From positions 143,685-207,684 of the forward strand of contig JAFZIZ010000013.1 of NCBI GenBank assembly GCA_017554145.1: a DNA stretch of 64,000 nucleotides, written 5' to 3'. Below are positions 59,528-64,000 of this stretch, piece after piece; positions within the stretch are counted from its first letter, which is position 1; every line of letters begins with the position of its first letter. The position numbers and the translations under genes are program-made. The stretch is from Prevotella sp. Its GTDB lineage: Bacteria; Bacteroidota; Bacteroidia; Bacteroidales; Bacteroidaceae. The notes beneath the pieces are model-generated. The model was not told the origin of the DNA, searched no databases, and was given only the letters and a program-made list of their open reading frames with translations.

Positions 59528-61282
59528 ATGGAAGAGAAAAGAAACAGTTATCTGGTGTCCAGGGCGCTGAAGACCTTCATGTTCGCGTCTGTCTTGGCAT
59601 CGTTAGCCCAACAGTTGGCCACCATGACCGATGCGATTGTGGTAAGTAATCTGATAGGGCCTGATGCCATCTCAGCCGTCAATGTAGTGGCGCCTATCAT
59701 CGCACTGTTTCCCACCATCAGTATCCTGTTTGGAATCGGTGGCTCAGTATTGGCAGCAAAAGCGATTGGCCGACGTGACGAGACAGAGGCGAACCAAGTG
59801 TTCACTACAGCCCTCACGGCATCCATTATCAGTGGTATTCTACTGACACTCCTTCTGTGTTTACTGACACCGGAGATTGTTGCCCTCGTCTGTCCAAAAG
59901 ACAGCCGCTTCTTCGATATGGCTGTCAGTTATCTGCATACCATGTCATTGGGTACGGTCCTCATCATCGCAGGCTTCACCATTCAGAACTTCGTGAAGAC
60001 TGACGGTAACCCCCGTTTAGTGATGATGGCAGTGATGTCGAGTACAGTGCTGAACCTGATACTCGATATTTTGTTCATCAAAGGCTTTGGTATGGGTATC
60101 GATGGTTCTGCATGGGGTTCTATTATCTGTTTCATCTTCTCCATTTCCATTTGTCTGACTCACTTCCGCAGCAAACACTGCTCTTTCCGTTTGCAGTTTG
60201 CAGGGAATTGGATGGGACCAGATGTCATGCGCTGTATCACTGAGGGATTCCCCATGAGTATCAACACTTTGTTGATGGGACTGTGCGTCTATGGCTTTAA
60301 CAGCATCGTAATTCATACCCTGGGAGCTGACGGCATGTATGTATGGTCAGTTTGTCTACAGCTACTCATGCTTACCCAATTGATGCTGGCGGGCATCGGT
60401 AGTAGCATCTATTCCATTGGAGGTCTGTTGATAGGCGAGCGCGACATGATTGGTCTGAACATTCTCATCCAACGTGTGCTCTTCTATGTCAGCATCTCAC
60501 TGCTGGTGTTGATTCTAATCATAGAAATTTGGCCAGGACTCTTCGGAAACCTGTTTGGCGGAAGCAACAGTGGGGTATCCAATCTACTGCACAAAGCACT
60601 GCGTATCTTCTCACTGATGCTATTGCCATACGCATGGCTCGCCATCCTACGTGCCCTTTACCAGATGGTAGGCTTCCGTTCTGTCAGCATCGTCATCAGT
60701 ATAGGCCAACTGGTAGTAATGGTTTTCTTCGTATGGATCTTCGCACTCATCCATCCCTCCATACTCTGGTGGGGTTATTCAGCATCTGCTGTCGCCCTGA
60801 TAGCCGTGATAGTGGCCATTACTTGGGTCATACATGCAAAACGACCAGAGTATGCTCCTGTTACACTGATTCCGCAAGTGACAGAAGGACAGGCCCTCAA
60901 CTTCTCCGTACGACTGACTGAAAAGGATGTAGTGAGTGCCTTAGGCCAGATTGTCAACTTCCTTCAAGAGTGTGACATTTCGAAACATACAGCCTATAGC
61001 ATCCGTCTCTGTTGTGATGAACTGCTTAATAACATCGTACGATATGCCGTCAAGAAACATCCCGACCGGCATTATATCGATATACATATCCGTTGTACCG
61101 AACCAATGGTCATCGTTCTGCTTAAAGACGACGGTCGCCCCTTCAACCCCATACTGAAAGAAACACCCGAAGGTATAGAGCATCTAGGACTGCGATTAGT
61201 CAACGGTACCACTCAGAACATGACCTATAAGTATATGTACGACCAGAATATGGTCTATATGACATTCCTTCGTAACCAATAA
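59528..61282 (+). CDS. MATE transporter fused to C-terminal RsbW-like HATPase_c domain
   Basis: MatE repeats (DAIVVSNLIG, DGNPRL, N.ILDILFI), then IRLCCDELLNNIVRYA, LKDDGRPFNP, LGLRLV. Confidence 0.85.
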   Translation: MEEKRNSYLVSRALKTFMFASVLASLAQQLATMTDAIVVSNLIGPDAISAVNVVAPIIALFPTISILFGIGGSVLAAKAIGRRDETEANQVFTTALTASIISGILLTLLLCLLTPEIVALVCPKDSRFFDMAVSYLHTMSLGTVLIIAGFTIQNFVKTDGNPRLVMMAVMSSTVLNLILDILFIKGFGMGIDGSAWGSIICFIFSISICLTHFRSKHCSFRLQFAGNWMGPDVMRCITEGFPMSINTLLMGLCVYGFNSIVIHTLGADGMYVWSVCLQLLMLTQLMLAGIGSSIYSIGGLLIGERDMIGLNILIQRVLFYVSISLLVLILIIEIWPGLFGNLFGGSNSGVSNLLHKALRIFSLMLLPYAWLAILRALYQMVGFRSVSIVISIGQLVVMVFFVWIFALIHPSILWWGYSASAVALIAVIVAITWVIHAKRPEYAPVTLIPQVTEGQALNFSVRLTEKDVVSALGQIVNFLQECDISKHTAYSIRLCCDELLNNIVRYAVKKHPDRHYIDIHIRCTEPMVIVLLKDDGRPFNPILKETPEGIEHLGLRLVNGTTQNMTYKYMYDQNMVYMTFLRNQ

Positions 61283-61293
61283 CCATTATCAAT

Positions 61294-64000
61294 ATGAAAA
61301 CTAACGAGTATCTTGAACCGCTATGGTCAGCTTTCGAACGTTTTGCCAACCTGCCTGCCGTCGTCGATAAGGATGGGCGAGTAACAACCTACCAAGAATT
61401 GGGAGAATTGACACGCCGGATTGCTGTCGGATTGTCCAAACGACAGTTGCCCGAGCACTCTTTCATCCCCATCTTGTTGCCTACATCGATGGAGTATATC
61501 GCTGCAGAGATGGGTGTATGGATGGCTGGACATGCCATCGTACCCATGGGCGACACCTTCCCTGAAGGACGTGTCGAATATATCAGTGAGCACTGTGAGG
61601 CTCCGCTCATCATCAACGAACAACTTTTCAAGGAGTTGGCAGAGTCAGAAGAACTTCACGATGACGAAGAACGGATAGAACTCGACGAGAATGCCTTGCT
61701 GATATACACCAGTGGCTCAACAGGTGAGCCGAAGGGTATTCTGCACACCTTCGACAGCCTCTACTACCATGCCCACAAAGGACTGCAAGAGGAGCATACC
61801 GACATGGTATGGGGAACCTCGTCACCTTTCTATTTTGTGGCAGGCATGTCGAACTTCCCTGTACTCAAAGGTGGTGGTCAGCTACATTTCTATACCGGTG
61901 ATGTCCGTTTTGACGTCAAGAAGCTGGAAGACTATATCGAGCAGTATGGTATCACCCATACCTTCATCAGTCCTGCTGTATTAGCCAATTTCCATAATCG
62001 CTCTGCATCACTCAAGGTCGTCTATACAGGTAGTGAGAAACTCGTCAACCAGTGTTCGCGCGACGGCTACACACTCCTGAACAATTATGGAATGACAGAG
62101 ACGATGGGTGCTGTTTTTGTCTATAAAGTCGACCAACCTTATGAGTCAACACCCGTCGGCAGACCAACACCAGAATCGCCTACGGAATGGATGCTGTTGG
62201 ATGATGACGGTAAACCCGTTGCTGAAGGCGAAGAGGGAGAACTGGTATTACGGGGCCATTTCTGTAAGGGCTACTATAAAGACCCTGAACGCACTGCCCA
62301 ACTCTATCAGGACGGATGGTTACACACGAACGACATCCTACGTCAGTTGCCCGATGGCAATATGGTGTATGTAAATCGTAAGGACTGGATGGTAAAGATC
62401 AATGGTCAGCGAGTGGAGCCTGGTGAGGTGGAGAATGCTATCAAGCGTATTGAAGGTGTCAAGCAGGCTATCGTCAAGGGCTTCGACGGCAAGACGGGCA
62501 GTCAGTATCTCTGTGGCTATTACACCACTGATGGTGACATCACTCCTGAGCAGATTCACGACACCTTGGCTCAGCAACTGCCTCCCTATATGGTACCCCT
62601 GCATATCGTAAAGGTAGAAGAATTCTCGTTCCTGCCTAATGGCAAAGTAAACCGCAAAGCCCTGTTGCCACCAGACACTTCTGAACTTCAAAACAACTAC
62701 GTAGCACCTACCAATGAGGTAGAACGCACACTTTGTGAAGCCTTTGCTGCCGTATTCGGCATGGAACAGGTAGGTATCGATGACGATTTCTTCATGTTGG
62801 GTGGCGACAGTATCAAGGTGATGCGTCTGCAACAGGCCTGCGAGGGTCTGAACCTCACCTCGAAAATGGTGTATAAGGGTAAGACGCCTCGCCATATCGC
62901 TGAACTCTGCGCAGAAACTCTTAACTATGAACTCTCAACTCTCAACTATCCTGTCCCCCTCTCGCAAACCCAGATGGGTATTTACGCTGAGAGTATGGCA
63001 CGTCAGGGAGAGGCTGCTTATAACAACCCCATTCTGTTGAAACTCGATGCGTCGATTGACGAACAGCAGTTAGCTCATGCCATTGAACAGGCCGTAGAGG
63101 CTCATGCCTTTATCAAGACACGCATTGAGGAAGATGCCGAAGGTAATCCTGTGATGTCACCGTCAGACAATCCTTATCAACAGACCATCGAGCAGATGAG
63201 CGAAAAGGATTTAGAGGCTTTGAAGTCTCAGCTCATTCAACCTTTCAACCTGCAGAAAGACCTATTGTTCCGCATCCGCATCATACGCACTGAGACCAGC
63301 CTGTATCTCTTCTCAGATTTCCACCATATCATATATGATGGTACCTCGATGCGTATCTTCATGGCCGATGTAGACAAAGCCTATCAAGGTGAAGCTGTTG
63401 AACCAGAGAAATTTACAGGCTATCATGTGGCGCAAGAAGAGGCATCCCTCCGTCAGACTGATACCTATACTGAGGCAAAGACCTGGTACGAAGAGACCTT
63501 TGGTGGATTAGAGGTGGATAGCAAACCCATACCAGACGTTCAAGATTCTGACGTTAGCTTTGGTGCTCAAGATCTTCCGTTGGGCATTAGCCAACAAGCC
63601 CTCGATGCCTTCTGTCGCCGACAAGGCATCACAGCAAATATATTGGCTATTGCTGCTTTCGGCAAGGTGCTGGGAGCTTATGCCAACCAACAGGAGGCAC
63701 TCTTTGCCACCATCTATAACGGACGTAACAGCATACGTACCACTCGCACCATCGACATGATGGTCAAGACATTACCCGTATACTGCCAATGGACGGCCGA
63801 TACTCGTATCAGCGACTTCCTGCAAGCCGTTAAACAACAGCTGCTGGGGGCTATGAATAATGACCTCTATTCCTTTGCAGAACTGGCAGCCGCCACAGGT
63901 ATTAACAGCGATGTGCTATTTACCTATCAGGGTGATTACCTGACATTGGGTACCGTATGTGGCAAGGCTTACACGATTGTAGCCTTAGACAATAACGCTA
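61294..64000 (+). CDS. Non-ribosomal peptide synthetase (A-T-C...), 3'-truncated by window; not in ORF track
   Basis: Open frame from ATG 61294 to the end. A3 YTSGSTGEPKG (61705), A5 NNYGMTE, A8 VKINGQRVEPGEVE, A10 PNGK, PCP FFMLGGDS (Ser codon 62809), condensation HHIIYDG (63322). Confidence 0.93.
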   Translation, partial: MKTNEYLEPLWSAFERFANLPAVVDKDGRVTTYQELGELTRRIAVGLSKRQLPEHSFIPILLPTSMEYIAAEMGVWMAGHAIVPMGDTFPEGRVEYISEHCEAPLIINEQLFKELAESEELHDDEERIELDENALLIYTSGSTGEPKGILHTFDSLYYHAHKGLQEEHTDMVWGTSSPFYFVAGMSNFPVLKGGGQLHFYTGDVRFDVKKLEDYIEQYGITHTFISPAVLANFHNRSASLKVVYTGSEKLVNQCSRDGYTLLNNYGMTETMGAVFVYKVDQPYESTPVGRPTPESPTEWMLLDDDGKPVAEGEEGELVLRGHFCKGYYKDPERTAQLYQDGWLHTNDILRQLPDGNMVYVNRKDWMVKINGQRVEPGEVENAIKRIEGVKQAIVKGFDGKTGSQYLCGYYTTDGDITPEQIHDTLAQQLPPYMVPLHIVKVEEFSFLPNGKVNRKALLPPDTSELQNNYVAPTNEVERTLCEAFAAVFGMEQVGIDDDFFMLGGDSIKVMRLQQACEGLNLTSKMVYKGKTPRHIAELCAETLNYELSTLNYPVPLSQTQMGIYAESMARQGEAAYNNPILLKLDASIDEQQLAHAIEQAVEAHAFIKTRIEEDAEGNPVMSPSDNPYQQTIEQMSEKDLEALKSQLIQPFNLQKDLLFRIRIIRTETSLYLFSDFHHIIYDGTSMRIFMADVDKAYQGEAVEPEKFTGYHVAQEEASLRQTDTYTEAKTWYEETFGGLEVDSKPIPDVQDSDVSFGAQDLPLGISQQALDAFCRRQGITANILAIAAFGKVLGAYANQQEALFATIYNGRNSIRTTRTIDMMVKTLPVYCQWTADTRISDFLQAVKQQLLGAMNNDLYSFAELAAATGINSDVLFTYQGDYLTLGTVCGKAYTIVALDNNA

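Noticed and set aside
61327-63760. Short ORFs listed in the track over the last 2.7 kb
   Set aside because: They are alternative-frame or antisense shadows of the continuous NRPS frame starting at 61294.

Overview
Chromosomal window from a Bacteroidota genome, most consistent with a Prevotella-like (Prevotellaceae) organism. This is inferred from TAnnTTTG sigma-A promoter boxes, no SD motifs, TonB-dependent/GH content and the surE-lpxB / parAB-DUF5683-mltD-rel gene order. The first ~49 kb is mostly housekeeping: rsmA, class II ribonucleotide reductase, folB, amidase, dnaA, pepD, corA, tRNA-Gln, rsfS-ftsH-cdsA, nucleobase permeases, lpxB, surE, parAB, mltD, rel and alaS. Glycoside hydrolases (GH36, GH97, GH5, GH2) are interspersed. 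The last 15 kb is accessory. It holds an ECF sigma/anti-sigma/STN-barrel signalling trio, a HerA-like ATPase and a TonB-type receptor. It then holds an apparent operon joining a Cache-PP2C-RsbW partner-switching sensor, a STAS protein, a MATE exporter fused to an RsbW-like domain, and an NRPS (A-T-C, runs off the window, absent from the ORF track). The NRPS starter A domain lacks the alpha-amino-binding Asp. Non-coding highlights: a dispersed palindromic element ending in, or flanked by, the -7 promoter box upstream of essential genes; about a dozen short 7-, 8- and 9-nt tandem arrays inside ORFs or filling intercistronic gaps; an orphan dnaK 3' fragment ending at a palindrome; a candidate ~230-nt purine-rich sRNA; and a candidate leader-peptide switch upstream of corA. 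All calls come from reading the sequence; no database searches were run.
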